A DNA stretch of 64,000 nucleotides from Isurus oxyrinchus (lineage: Eukaryota). Position 1 is the first letter of the stretch; each line of letters opens with the position of its first letter. Both the position numbers and the translations under genes were made by a program. The stretch covers positions 6,820,001-6,884,000 of the forward strand of contig JANJGN010000034.1 in NCBI GenBank assembly GCA_026770705.1, read 5' to 3'. Below the pieces are notes generated by a model that searched no databases, was not told where the DNA came from, and saw only the letters and a program-made list of their open reading frames with translations. Shown piece by piece: positions 26,898 through 40,000 of the stretch.

Positions 26898-26924
26898 AAG
26901 ATAAATTGAATCGCTGCCTGGATG
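26898..26924 (+). CDS. 27-nt phase-1 micro-exon E (EDKLNRCLD)
   Basis: Long pyrimidine tract + tttacag; exon AAGATAAATTGAATCGCTGCCTGGATG; donor gtaaaa; L..C pattern conserved. Confidence 0.75.
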
Positions 26925-27544
26925 GTAAAATATTCCTTGTTTTCTAACATAACTTGATAAATCAACAGCAGAGCTAAAAGGCAGAAGGAGATCATTGGAC
27001 AGGGAACATCTACTCTTGCACATTGACATAACAAACCAAAACGAATTACAAGGCCCCACCATCACTTTGCCTTGATATTGCAATACTTTCAAATTTCCCC
27101 TACATTTAAGTTGTATTGCAGTCAAGTTTTCTGCATAAATCCAACTGTCAAAGCATTTTAAGTTTCTACTATACAATAATACTTCGGAACTTTTACATCT
27201 GTTGCTGTCAGGGAATTCAGAGAGCAAAGTCCAGTCATGGAACTTGTTCTCATATTCTAGCGCATTTGATGAAGGCATTGAACTAGCATATGACTTTTTT
27301 CACACTTTTCTTTAAAGTTAATAACAGTAACCTAATGCTTCTGGAAGATGGGTTGTTGCATATATAAAGTGGATAAAGTCTTCTAATTATTTAGAACCAT
27401 GAGACATGCAGGGATCTTGCTTTGACAACGACCTGCTTTAAAATAGAGTATGGACTTGGTCCACCCTGCTTGTACATCGTCCTCCACCAAACAAATTCTA
27501 CACTAGTTGGCAGCTTTCTTTGCTTTATGGCTTGGGGCAGGTGT

Positions 27545-28440
27545 GAGGAAAGTATAATAATTTGCCGTTTTTTTGGTTTAAAACGAAATTAGTTTATGGG
27601 GGTAAGGAGAAGTTGGTCGGTGCTTTACATATTATAATTGGAGTCAAGAGGATGACAAATGGAAATCATTAAAATAAGCTGGGTGCTTGTCACGCTAATG
27701 AGTGAATATGGATGTTGGCTTAGCATGTAATGCATGAAGGGGATTTGCATTCTTTATGTAAGTGAAGAGATTTGGATTTTAAAGGGGCCTTAGTCTGTTT
27801 TCAACTTGCCACATAAGGAAGGCTAAGGAATGTTCTTATTTTTTCCCAAAGATTACTAACAATATATTGGAGGAATAGCAGTTTTCTTTTTATATACATA
27901 CTGAGGAAGATACAGTTTCAAAGACATATGAAGCTATGTCATTTTGATACTAAAACGAGAGAAACATATATAAAGGAGAAGGAAAGGCTATTTTCAGAAG
28001 GCCATGTAAAGACCAACTGGAGAGTGCGAAGCAGCCTTAAGGAATCCTCCAGCATTACTGCATAGGACTGTTATATGCCGAAACTGAAGTTGGGGAATAT
28101 GTATTTGGAATTCCACTTTCCAGGGGCTATTGTGTTAACTGGCTGGTCCTATTTCAAGTGCAAAACCTACTCTGCATTGTTGCCTGAAAGGGAACGTAAG
28201 TGGGAGCCAGGTTATGTAGGGATTTTTGGAGTTATTATAGTGGTGAGGAATTCAGGTTTTATGCACGATTGTAATATTTTATTTTCTTCGTGGATATTTG
28301 ACTTTTAACATTAAATTTTATTTTCGTGGTATTATTACTGTACTCAGTGTAGACATAAAACAATGACGAACTCCCCATAGTGCATGTGTTGCGCTTGGCC
28401 CATTTCATCAACCATCAACCAAGTCATAACACAGGCACCT
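27545..28440 (+). mobile_element. Sequence specific to unit 1, possibly an L1-like 3' fragment
   Basis: Absent at the equivalent position of unit 2 (~36817); LLHR…P.LKL and W…GFW-like relics resemble the L1 ORF2 C-terminus. Confidence 0.35.
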
Positions 28441-29260
28441 TGTTGCCATCTCTTAATCACTGTTCCGCACGCCTCCAGGTCCTGTTTTTTTTTTTAATTA
28501 CTGGCAAATTATAGACCTAGTTATAATCTACGGGTAGCAGGGTGGTTTGGCAGCTATGGCATCAGTAACACTTCTGGAAACTGTTTTTTTTTATTTCCTC
28601 CACTTCTTTCAATGGTTCAGCATCTGAGGGGAAATTGCACGGAAATATTTTGAAATTTTGGAACAGAATCAGCCATTAAATTCCTAAAAAATATTCAGTT
28701 TTTCCAATGAGTTCATGAGTTACCTGTGTCCTTAATTCTAATTGCCAGGACCTGATCATATTTGTTAACTTCTTTAGTTAAAAACCATGGCATTTTCTGT
28801 GTTGTTTTTTTTTTTCAAAAAATTTATTTAACCCGCAAGAGACAATTACCAATGCAAGGCGTTTTCACCATTCTGCTGATGATAGAATTATAATGATAAT
28901 TTCATGATGATGAATACATAGGCCATGAAAATTACTGTGGTTTTCCGAAATATCAATGAAGAGAGCTAAGTACATAAATTGTGACAGTGATGGCAATTGT
29001 TAAGGCGATATTAGGGATTTTGATGAAGACAGTGACGAGCACTTTCGTTATCAATATCTTCACAATTTCACTTAGAAAGCCAATGCCGTGTTTTTTTAAT
29101 TAAAAAAGCACAATGCTCTAATCCAATACAAAAGGTTATTATTGAAAACAATTGAACATTCAGCCATGAATGTAGTAGTGAAACTGGGTTCGGGACATGC
29201 TCTGTTGCTTAAATCGGAATGTCTGGGTTGTTTGAAGGGTTTTGTTCTTTCTCGTTTCAG

Positions 29261-29296
29261 AACTTGATAATGCCAAGAAAGCTTCAGGTGGTTCAG
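29261..29296 (+). CDS. 36-nt phase-1 micro-exon F (ELDNAKKASGGS)
   Basis: ttctttctcgtttcag acceptor; exon AACTTGATAATGCCAAGAAAGCTTCAGGTGGTTCAG; donor gtagtc. Of the 4 differences from exon D, 3 are synonymous. Confidence 0.75.
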
Positions 29297-30044
29297 GTAG
29301 TCATACAATAAATATTTATGAAAACGAAAATAGTCTTGCCCATTGTTGTTCATTCTGAATTGATAACATGGATGTCAATTATATGTTTTCGTCGATATCA
29401 ATGCAAATTACTATTTGGCTGGACATATAAATGACCCCAGTTCCTATGTTTCCCAAAGGTATTCGCTATCGCCATTCTCCAGAATGTTTCAGAGTATATT
29501 CTTGGATGGTATGGATTATTAAGATTTGATTTCAACGTTGCACAGAACTGTAAGATTGAGAATGTGGAGTGCCTTAAAAATAAATTAAAATTTATAACAT
29601 TATATAAAAGCTATAAATATATAAAAACACATGGTAAGGAGACATTTAAGCATAGGGAAAGTAACGGCATTGGTCAAGTAAAAGTTTGTACTTTGAAGCA
29701 GAGGTAGAAGAAATGATATGGACATTCAGGAAAAGACAACTGCGTTTGACCGGTTATTTTACTTGTGTCTTCATTGTAAAACATACAAGCTCCATGCCAG
29801 AAGATAAAGTTTTACCGATGGCAAAAGAAAACTTAATGATGGCTTCAGAAAATTAATGTCAACAGCGATAAATGTACTTGAGAAGCTTAAGGGTCCAATA
29901 TTCAATGCATCCCTTGTCCTGATGGTTTAAAGATCTAAAGGAAATCTCTCCATAGTTACTGAATCTGCTGGATATGATTTTCTAAAGTTCCATAGATCCT
30001 GGAACTGATGTATCAAACTGAATATTTGATCAAAGCAATTTTTG

Positions 30045-30450
30045 AGGTGGTGATGGCATAGTGGTGTTGTCACAATATTAATAATCCAGACCGAAACATG
30101 GCAGCTGGAAGAATTGGAGCTCAATTAATAATATGCGTGTAGCTATAGTCTCACAATTGGTGGCCGCAAAACTGACATCAATTGTCGTAAAAACTCTTCT
30201 GGCTTCATTTTTATGGAAAAAATTTTCAAACCTTATCTGGGCTGATCTACATGTGACACCATACTACAACATTTTACGAGCGTACCTGGGCTGTCCTACA
30301 TGTGACGCCAGACCCACGGCAATAACATTGGCTAGTGGCTGCGCTTGGACATTTTCTAGCAATACTATCAGTTCCAGGGCAATTGGGAACGAGCAACACA
30401 TTCTAGCCTTGCCACAGGCGGCAACATTCCATGAAAGATTAAATAATATT
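30045..30450 (+). mobile_element. tRNA-derived SINE nested in CR1 (also ~38415-38790)
   Basis: tggcatagtggt A-box-like head; gggcaattggg…ctagccttgcca…cattccatgaa tail shared with the LINE 3' end at ~49600. Confidence 0.65.
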
Positions 30451-33400
30451 GATGGAAGAATAAGCTTACATAGCAGGTGCTACAGCCAGCCATAACTGTT
30501 TGGTCCCTGTGACGAGATGCTGCCTTATTATTAGTTGCTGTTTAAATTTGTTGTATATTATCTCGAAAAGACAGGATCATACTAAATCTGAAAGGGCTTG
30601 TTTGAGGCGACGATTTTTTTTTAGCTGTCCTGGTAAACAATTACAATGGGGTACATCCTGATGATAAGGAACTAATCTCTTAGTGCTGGTATGTGATGAC
30701 ATTAATGCACTAAAACTGCGGCTAATCTTTGAACTTTTCACCAAAGACGGCTTTGACTGGTCCCTTTTTGAAAATGCAAAAGGCTGAGATTGAAATAATT
30801 TCACCCTTTCATGGAACCAAGTGTCAAGGGGAGCTGGCGTACAAGTAGAGTAAGCTCAAAGGTCTGCACCTTCCATTGCTGATGTCTTATTTGTATGCTT
30901 TTGAGTTAGCTTCCAAAATTGCTAATCTAACTAAGTGCCTGCTGTAATTACTTGGCCACATATCATGCTGGATGTATACAAAAAGAGCGAATAGTGACTG
31001 TGGTTAGTGTTCTTCGGATTGTGTTTCTTCCCTTCCTGCCACCTGAACAGTCCATGGAGAACAAATGTCGACCAATTCTACCTGAGCCACAGGCGTTCAA
31101 TGCTCAGCTGAAGTTATTTGCATTCGGGTGCAACTTCTAGACTTAATTCGGGAGCAATTCGAGCTCTGAAAGCATGCCGGTCAATCTCTTAGGAGAGGTG
31201 ATTTTTTGTTTTCATTTACAGTGGCACCAGAAGTTACAGTCGACATAACTGAGGTTTGAAGCAGTCCTCCGAGATAAGTCCCAGTAGTCCAGGCTGATTT
31301 AGGTTTTGGTGGTGTAAAGGTGTGAGGCCTGAGGAGTGGTAATAAAAGGCTTTTCAATGCCAGTGTAAAGGGCGGGGCCGAGGAACTTCTCAGGGATCAG
31401 AATATACCAGTGTGGCGCCCTGTGTAAATCTCAGGTTGCTTGATGGGTATGACTGTCCACCGACACGCTGCTCCAGCAAACCAACTCCCCATTCCATTCC
31501 CACAAGGCCCACCAAGGCACCCCACCACCACCACGACTCACAATCCCCCTTCCCCCCCAATCCCTTCATCCACCACAATCCCAACCGAAGCATGGAAAGT
31601 GATCATTTTTGTTCTCCTTCATTGCTGGAGCAATAAGGGAGTCCTGGTTGAAAAATAGGATCAATGGGCTCCCAGGCTTCACTTGATTTAACGCGGTCAC
31701 GAAAGAACGGGAGGAAGTACAGAAGGGTTAGCAGTATTGACCACTAAATCACTGCAGGCGTCAAGCGAGATTCTGCCCATAGGGGAAAAGGATTGAATCG
31801 GATTTGTTACTGCTAAAAAAAAATCAGTGATAGGAATGTATATTTGCATTTCTACAAAAGAGCACCAACAACGGGAAAGATATCACTGAAAAAATGGACA
31901 AGGACAATACAGAGTCGTGCAAGGTTTATATATTTTTCAAACGGGTGACACTTATTTTGAAATGAACTTTAACAGCCTTCTTAGAAGAAATGTTAAAAAC
32001 CTGGGAATAAACGGGCAATTGCAGCATTGGTAGAAATGGTCTCAGTTAGTGGAGCAGGGAGATGTGTCGAATGGTTTACAGGAAGAGTGTGGAGAAAAAA
32101 AATTGCAGATGACACAAAGCTTTTAGCTGCTGAAAAATGGCAGCTGCATAGCGATGCTCTTGAAGAGGGCTTGGGAATGGAGGAATCGGTGGACAAGCTG
32201 CAGATGAAATTTAAGGCAGAAAAGTGATTGTTTTTTGCCACAAAAAGAAAGGGAATCAATAGGAAAAAACATCTACACTTTTTTGAAACAGGGCGCAAGA
32301 GCCCGGGCGTCACTGCACCTGTGTGCACAAAATGTGAAAGTGGAAGGCCGCCCTAAAAGTTCTTCAGAAATCAAACACTATTCACAGTTTATAAACAGTG
32401 GAAGATATTACTTTTGTCACATTCGATATTGAAATGTGACGCATGCTGTATGGCAAATTGGGTTTAAACCATTCACAGAAATTATCCTCCTGTCATCATT
32501 AATGACCTAACTGCTTTTTTTTATAGTCAATTGCATCTATGCAGGTCAGAAAGGCCATTTTGACCAGCTGGACTATGGCAAGACTTTGCGTTAACCCCCC
32601 GCAAGCCCCTTCTGTAAAGCACGTGATCATAATTAGTGGCCATGCCAAATCACTGAAGGGAGGCAGAACAATGTAATTATGTTTAAAGCGGTCCTAGTTT
32701 CACATTTGTCTATCATCTCTCAACCACTCTCCCCCACCCCCACCCCCCCATCTCTATTGCAGCGGATCATTTTCCAACATGACAACTGTACAAAATATTT
32801 GCGATCCTCCAATTATGACCACATTTGTATCAAATCTGCTGCCACTTAACACCATCAACGCCATCTGCTTAGTGTCTGAAAAATTTTAATACTTCCTAGA
32901 ACATTTACCCCTCCAGATTAATCTCCTCTATATTAAAGATCTGTCCTTCACAAATTATGTGGTCACACATCAGAAAGTACCTGTTGATGCCTCACTGTCA
33001 ATTTGTTCCGCTTGCTTTTATTTGCATTATGTTGCATCCAGTTTTTATACAGAATGTGTCATCTAAACACAAGTTACTGTTGATTGAATAAAAGCAACAT
33101 ACTGCTTTTGCTGCAAATTATAAAGTAAAACAGAGATTTTTGAACTAAGAACTCAGCCATCGGGCAGCATCTGGAGAGTTCGAAAGAGACTTAGGGTTTC
33201 GAATGGAACATGACTCTTCTTCGAAATTAAAGGGACTTGAAAATGTGAAGGCTTTGATGTTGTTGTAATGAGAAGGGGGAAGTAGAACAAACGAAATATT
33301 GTGGGGTTTACTGGAGAGCAGCAGTGATTAAACAACAAGCATGTCATTGAACAAAAGCCACAGGGAATGTTATCGTATCTAGTGAAAAATTGGAACATTA

Positions 33401-34354
33401 ACCCAGAGTGAATGCGAGCAGATAAAAATAAAATACTTTCCCAATGCTTGTGATTCAAATGCGATGGATAACATTGGGAAGTCTTTCGTGGACATGGAAA
33501 AATGGCGCAATCATTTTTGGCAATGATATTTGTGCACCATATTAGATGGTATAAGCAGAAATGAATGCGACAACAAATGCCAATGAGAAAGTTCTTCCAG
33601 CTTAGAATCTCCGTCAAATAAATTTCAGTGCCCAAAATCTGAGGGAAATTGGATGAAGCTGCGCAAGCTTTAAGCAGCATTAAACACCGGGGTGGGCATT
33701 GCATCCAGGTATCTCAACCGTTTGATGGAAGATACACATTCCTCTAAAGAATCTGACACATTATGAAATAAAGTTATGGGTGACGTGTAGTATTACAGTC
33801 AAACAGCTGAAGTGGAGTAAGAGACTTTGCGATAAATTTCACAAGATGAGAAGAGGCATTCTGATGTCTTCGGTGATGTTTATCCGTAATCAACATCAAT
33901 GGTCAGCATAGATAGACGAGTATATAATTTCATTACCTTTTTTTGGCACATTGCTGAGTGGAAATTCTGTGCCCCAATTCCAACAATGCAATGGTGAGTG
34001 TACTTTGAATTCAATTCATTGACTGTTATTCAATTTCGGACGATCTGCATTGACAAAGAGGATACATAAACGCAAGTTGAATCATTCCGTAATAAGTTGT
34101 TAGTGAAATGGAGAACTTTCTTCCAGCCAACGTGGAGATAGTCATGCAAAAGTCGTGAAATTTTAGCAAAATAACATAGTTATTTTGTCTGTCTTGTAGA
34201 ACTCAAAGAATGCAAAGAATATTTTAAAAATTTACGTAAGAAAGGCACCCTTTTCTGTGTAAACTTCTAAAGGGCTAATCCCAAAATGGAACTTGTAGGA
34301 AATAGCGACTCAATGTCCCTGTGCAGCAAAAGAAAAGCAATAACAAAGTTGGAG

Positions 34355-35370
34355 GAGCTTTAAGGAAGATAAGAGATGGAATAGGCCAGTTGAGCAATTG
34401 AACCCACAGAGCGATTCAACTGAACACGGCTGATCGATTACCTCAAAGCCATTTTCCCGCTCAATCACCATATCCCCTGATCTCATTAATGTGATGTCTA
34501 GAAATCTATCAATCTCTGTGCAGACCATAGTCTATATTTGCAATTGCACCGCACCTGTGGTAGAGAATTCAAAGATTCTCGCACATCTGCGTTAACAATG
34601 TCATTCTCATTTGAACCCTAATTGGTTTCCCTTTATTCTCAGAATGTGTACACGTGTTTTATATCCAATCTTCACTCTCTAGTTCCTTAAACATGTTGTA
34701 CGTTTTAATGATATCACCTCTAATTCATTTAATGTCTGGAAAATGCTGGCCTAGCACCCGCAATTCCTCCTCATTGGACATTCCCACATTTGCAAGAATT
34801 AATCTGTTGAACCTCAGCAGCAATGCCTCTATGAAAAAAAGCTCCCTGAAATTGAAGTATTTCATGTTTCTCCTGCACTTAAATTATCTTGACATAATAG
34901 GCAAAAAACAACTTGAATTCATAAGTACGTGTGGATTCACATCTGTCTTCAGTGACATGCGATCAAGGACATCCAGGTCACATTGCGCAGCAACACTTCC
35001 AAATATGTCATCATTCAAAAACTGCTTTGCCCCCCCAGTTCCTCATACCAAAGTGGACAACATCACACTTACCCTCATTTTTATATTCCATTTGTTCTGT
35101 CCCCGGCTACTCACTAAGCCAGTCCAAATTCTCTGGATTCCTCTTTGTATCATGCTCACAAAATAATTCCCACGTAGTTTTCTCACAATTGCAAACCTGA
35201 AAATATTACATCGGGTTTCGATGTCCAACCCATTCATCTAGATTGCGAATAGTTGGGAGCAAAGTATGAATCATTCAGTACACCACTGCTCCCTATCATC
35301 CAACATGAGAATTTTCCATTTGTTCTTACTCTCTGCTTCTCTCAATTAACCAATGCATAATCTGTGATGG
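34355..35370 (-). mobile_element. CR1 LINE 3' fragment (homologues 26310-26750 and 43110-45300)
   Basis: Reverse-strand RT C-terminal relic, e.g. IQRGIQRIWTGLVS…W in ORF 35043..35237. Confidence 0.65.
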
Positions 35371-36178
35371 CGTATTAGCACCCCCCCCCCACCCCCACAC
35401 CCCCTCCCCCCAACCCCACCAACCTCCCCAACACCACCACAGAATATAAAAGGCGAACGGTTTACTTAATCGAGTTTGCAAGATGATCAGAGTTTATTTT
35501 TATTTGGGGTTTAAGCTAGGAGTAAGATTAGCAGAGCCAAGCCTGACATCCATTTAAATACGAGTGAGTTAGACTTGATAAAATTGAGATATTTAAGACG
35601 ATGAAAAATAAATTATGAACTGAATAGAAAATAACTAATACCTCCAGGAACAGGAAACGGAACAGAACAGAGAAACACGTGGGAAAAAAAAAACATTATT
35701 TTGAGATCTCGGTCTTTCAGTTGTCATTTAGGAAAGTTGATCTTCACACATTGCATGGTGCAGAATTGGAGGTCTGAACCATATCCACCCGCCATCTACC
35801 CGGAATGTCATTGTGATTAGCTAAATTGAACGTTTAATACAATGATGTTACCAATATGATCGCAAGGCTATTGGGGTGGGCTGGGGTTGTGGGATGGCGT
35901 GGCTGGGACGGGAAATGTGCAGATTGGAGTCGAGGTCCTTGTCACCCATGGCTGAATTGAATAGGAAACATTATCAAGAGTCTTACTGGCCGGGAATCAT
36001 AACTCGGCTCCTGAAACATTGAATAAAAGGAGGATGTGAGGGGTGGGTGCAGGGTGACTGGGTGGGGGCCTACGTGAAAAGGATGTGGTGGTTGTTAGGG
36101 AGGTGGAAGTGGGGATCAGTTTGTTCCCTCATGGCATATTTTCTTACATTCGACTTTTCTCTATTCCCTTTCCTGTAG

Positions 36179-36205
36179 AAGAAAAATTGAGTCTGTGCCT
36201 GGATG
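36179..36205 (+). pseudogene. Pseudo-exon G (EEKLSLCLD): duplicate of exon E with donor GT>TT
   Basis: Acceptor tttcctgtag intact; AAGAAAAATTGAGTCTGTGCCTGGATG followed by ttaaac instead of gtaaaa. Confidence 0.65.
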
Positions 36206-37019
36206 TTAAACTATTGCCTGTTTTCTATTTTAACTTGATGAACCAACAGTAGACGTAAAGGGCAGAAGGAGATCATTGGACTGGGGCATCAATTTTGGCT
36301 CCTTGAAATAACAAAGCAAACGAATGCAGTGGCTCCACACCCCAATTGCCTCTTTATTACCGTGGTTTCAAATTGTCAAGACTCATACTCCTTGTATTAA
36401 ATTAAACTTTCCTGCACGAATCCCACCGTCAAAATATTTAAATCTTACACTATGCACTGCTATTTTTCAAACTCTAGGGTTTGTGACTGTCGGGTAATGC
36501 AGGCCGCGATGCCCAGTCTTGTAACTTCATCTAATACTTTGCATCTGATGAAGATGTTGCACTGGCTGGTCACATTCTCCATTTTTTTCAAAGTTAATAG
36601 CAGTGTACTAATAATTTTCGAAGGTGACGTATTTCATATGTAAGGTCAAAATATAACTTCTAATTAATTAGAACCACGAAACGTACAAGAAAGTTTGTTT
36701 TGACAATGAACTCACTTTAAAATAGAACATGGATTTGCTCTTTCTCATCTGTACATCGTCCTCAACTAAAAGTGTTCCAGCTAGCAGCACTCTTATGCTT
36801 TTGGTTTGGTGGAGGTGTCTCATTTCCATTATCGATGTCTGTTCAGCATGTCCTCAGGTGAAATGTATTTTCTTTTATTATTGGACAGTTGTAAAGCTAT
36901 ACGTCACCCATGGGAATCAGCATGAAGTAGCAGCTATGGCATCACTAATAATTCTTGCATTCTGACTATCTTTTAAATATAAATTGCATAACTCCTGCAC
37001 AGTAGAATATATTCCACAC

Positions 37020-40000
37020 TGCTGCTGAGGGGAAGTTGGTCCACAGTGATGCTGGAGCAATGTAGACTATTTAATCGTGAAATCATGTTCAGCTTTTCCA
37101 ATGAGCTCGTCAAAGGCCTATGCCCATAACTCCACTTGCCAGAATTTTGTCATATATGTTCATTTCTACAGCTAACAAAATCTATCATTTTTAGCTTTAT
37201 TTTTTTAAAGTAAATTTAAAACGCAACTCGTGTGCGTCATCACTGTAAAAGCTAGAAAGTCCATCCCTGAAGTGAAGGGTTTACTGCGGGCAAAATAAAG
37301 CATTGTGATGAAGTTAAGATAAGTAATACCGACAGAAATAAACGTATCTGAGATGCTTAAAGGGCTAAAATTCAAAGCATACCTGTTTTTTATGGCTTAT
37401 AGTTCTAAAAGAGATAGCTGCAGCTTTACTAGATTTGCTAGCTCTGATTTCCCAATTTCTGTTGATTCAGGAACTTGTCCATCAGATTGGAAGTAACGAA
37501 TGCAATACTGCTGTTCTAAAATGGATGGAAGGAGAGTATATTTAATTACAGACCACTGAGACTAAGCACAGTTCGTAGGCAGAAAGTTGGTGTTTGTAAT
37601 GAAGTAAGGCTGACCAATGAATTTAGAAAAATGCGTTATCAATAGTACTAGCTAACATGGTTCACAAAAGGGAAATGTTTGACGAGTTTACGAGTTAACG
37701 TCAAAGGCATCACTAGCATTATAGAATAAAGGGGTACTGACGGATTTAATATACTTGGATTTCTTAGAGGCAGTCAATGACGCACCACACAAACGTTTAA
37801 CTGGCAAGATAAGGGCTAATTGAAATAGTGTCTAGCATATGAGCGTCGACAGAATAGTTAAGGGCCAGCAGAACACAGTGAGGATAAAAGGTACATTTTC
37901 AGTTTGAAAGGCTGCAACTTGTGCAGTACAGCAAGGGTGAAAGGTTTGGACTTATGCATTTACAATCAATATTAATTAGCTATATGGAGGCTCAGAGAAT
38001 AATATTTCTGAGAATTTTGTTGGAATGAAGCTACGTGGAATGATAGGCTTAGAAAGGACACAGAGAATTTGCGAAGATTATAGCTAACTTAAGTAATGGG
38101 CAATACGATGGAAGGTGGAATAAAACGTGGGGAAGGGTGAAGTTATTCACTTTTTTCGTAGGAATAGCAGATTGTTTGGTAAAGGCATGAACCTTGAAAA
38201 TGCTGATGCTCAGAGGGAAGGGCGTGTGGTCGAAAAATTATTATTGAACGTTGTCATGCATATATAGTTGCCTGTTCAGAAGGGTAGTGGCAGTTGGTCC
38301 TAACTGCAAGGAGAATAGAGCACACGAACACGTAATTTCTACTTCAATTCCACAGGGCTCTGATGAGGGCACGTCTGGAAGACTGTATGCTGTTTTAATC
38401 ACCGTGTTGATTAGGGAGGTAATGGCATAGTAATAATGTCACAGCGCCAATAATCATAGACAAGCAGCTTAATGTCCTGAGAGCAGTAGGTTCAGATCCG
38501 AACAACAGATGGAGGAATAGTAATGAAATTAATAAACCAAGAATTATTAATGGTCACCGTAAAACTGGAATCGGGCACCCCAAATAGCCTTCTTGCTCAC
38601 TTGTATTGAAGTAAGTCCGCCATCCTTACTTGGCCTGGCGTACTTGTAACCCTGACCGACAGCAGTGTGCTTGGCTCTAAGCTTCCCTCAGAAATGGCCA
38701 AGCAAGCCACTTAGTCGCACGGCAATAATGAATGAAAAACAAATTATGGCCTTGCTGCAGATGCTAATATCCCATTAAAGAATGGATAATATTTAACAAA
38801 GAATATGGTTACATTGGAGATGGTGCAGCCAACCTGAACTGGAATGGTCACTGGCATGAGCGGTTATCTCATTATGAGAATCTGAGCAACAACCCTATAT
38901 ATCCTCCACAAAAAAAAATATGAGAGGCTTACTTTGAAATTGAATAAAATGGAACCCGCTTGTTAGGGTAGATGCTGTGAGATTAGTTCCATTCTTCTGA
39001 TAGTCGGAAGCACGGGAGAAAACCCTTAGGATCATGAACTGATACTTTAGGATTGATATGCAATGAAATTAATTAACTGAAATGGTTGTGAATCTTTTGA
39101 AATTTCACCCAAAAACGGTTGCAAGTGGCCCGTTCTGAATGCACCTAAGCCTCAGGTAGACATACCTTCACTCGCTCAAGAAATCAAAGAGGCATGGAGA
39201 GCCTGCACTAAAGCAGTGTGAGCTCAAGAGCCGCAACATCCCTTCCTGTTTCTATTTTCCGTGTGTTTTTGCATTCTTTTGAGTTTGTATCCAAAATTAT
39301 AAATATCTAAGTGTACCTAAGTGTCCAATGTCATTCTATCACCAGAAGCTTTGACGGCTGGAAACAAGGCAATAGCTACTAAGGCCAGCATTTTACGGAT
39401 GGAGGGGCCTACCGTCCTGTCATCTGAAGAGTTGGTGGAGAACACATCCTCACCGATTCTGCCTAGCCCACAGCCACCTGAAGCTCCAACAAACGGTAAT
39501 TGGCTTTAGGCAGAATTCCACACTTCACCCGATAGGAAGTCCTTCCTCAGAGAGTTGCCGGTCAATCTCATTGACCAGCATATTCTTAGATCCTGCAGCA
39601 CCAGCAGCTGCAGTGGACATAACTGAGGCTGCATGCAGTCCTCAGATATAATTCCCAGGAGTCCAGGGAAATGTAAGTTTTGATGTTTTCAAGGTGCAGT
39701 GGGTGGTGGAGGCCCGAGGTTCGGGATACAGGCAACAGGGCGGGACCATTAGCTCCCTCAAATGCCAGATGTTTTTGGTGAGGTGCCCGATGTTAAACGG
39801 AGGCTGCTGATAGATCACACTGCCTGCCCACACGCCGCCACACCCCCACCCCCAACCCTGACTTTGCACGACCCTCTTCCCACCCGAGGCATGAACAGGA
39901 AAACGTTTCTGCCTCCCGTGTTTGTGGGGCGATAAGGGAGAAATGGTACCAACGAATAAGGCAAAGCGAGCTCACAAATATTACTGGATTGAACGTGGTC

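Larger units (their letters stand above)
20205..28620 (+). repeat. Tandem segmental duplication unit 1 (~8.4 kb)
   Basis: Collinear similarity to 28620-37020 and 37020-~44200, e.g. ttttggaacagaataagccattaaat (20240) vs ttttggaacagaatcagccattaaat (28656); ggcagaaggagatcattggac at 26980 and 36261. Confidence 0.9.
28620..37020 (+). repeat. Tandem segmental duplication unit 2 (~8.4 kb)
   Basis: Collinear with unit 1; carries exon F and pseudo-exon G. Confidence 0.9.

Noticed and set aside
32527-32544. Possible 18-nt exon (tttatag…gtcaga)
   Set aside because: Within an L2 fragment, not conserved in units 1 and 3, and does not fit the heptad pattern.
33153-35166. 183-aa and 170-aa ORFs
   Set aside because: Lie in decayed repeats; the frame is not preserved in the paralogous units.
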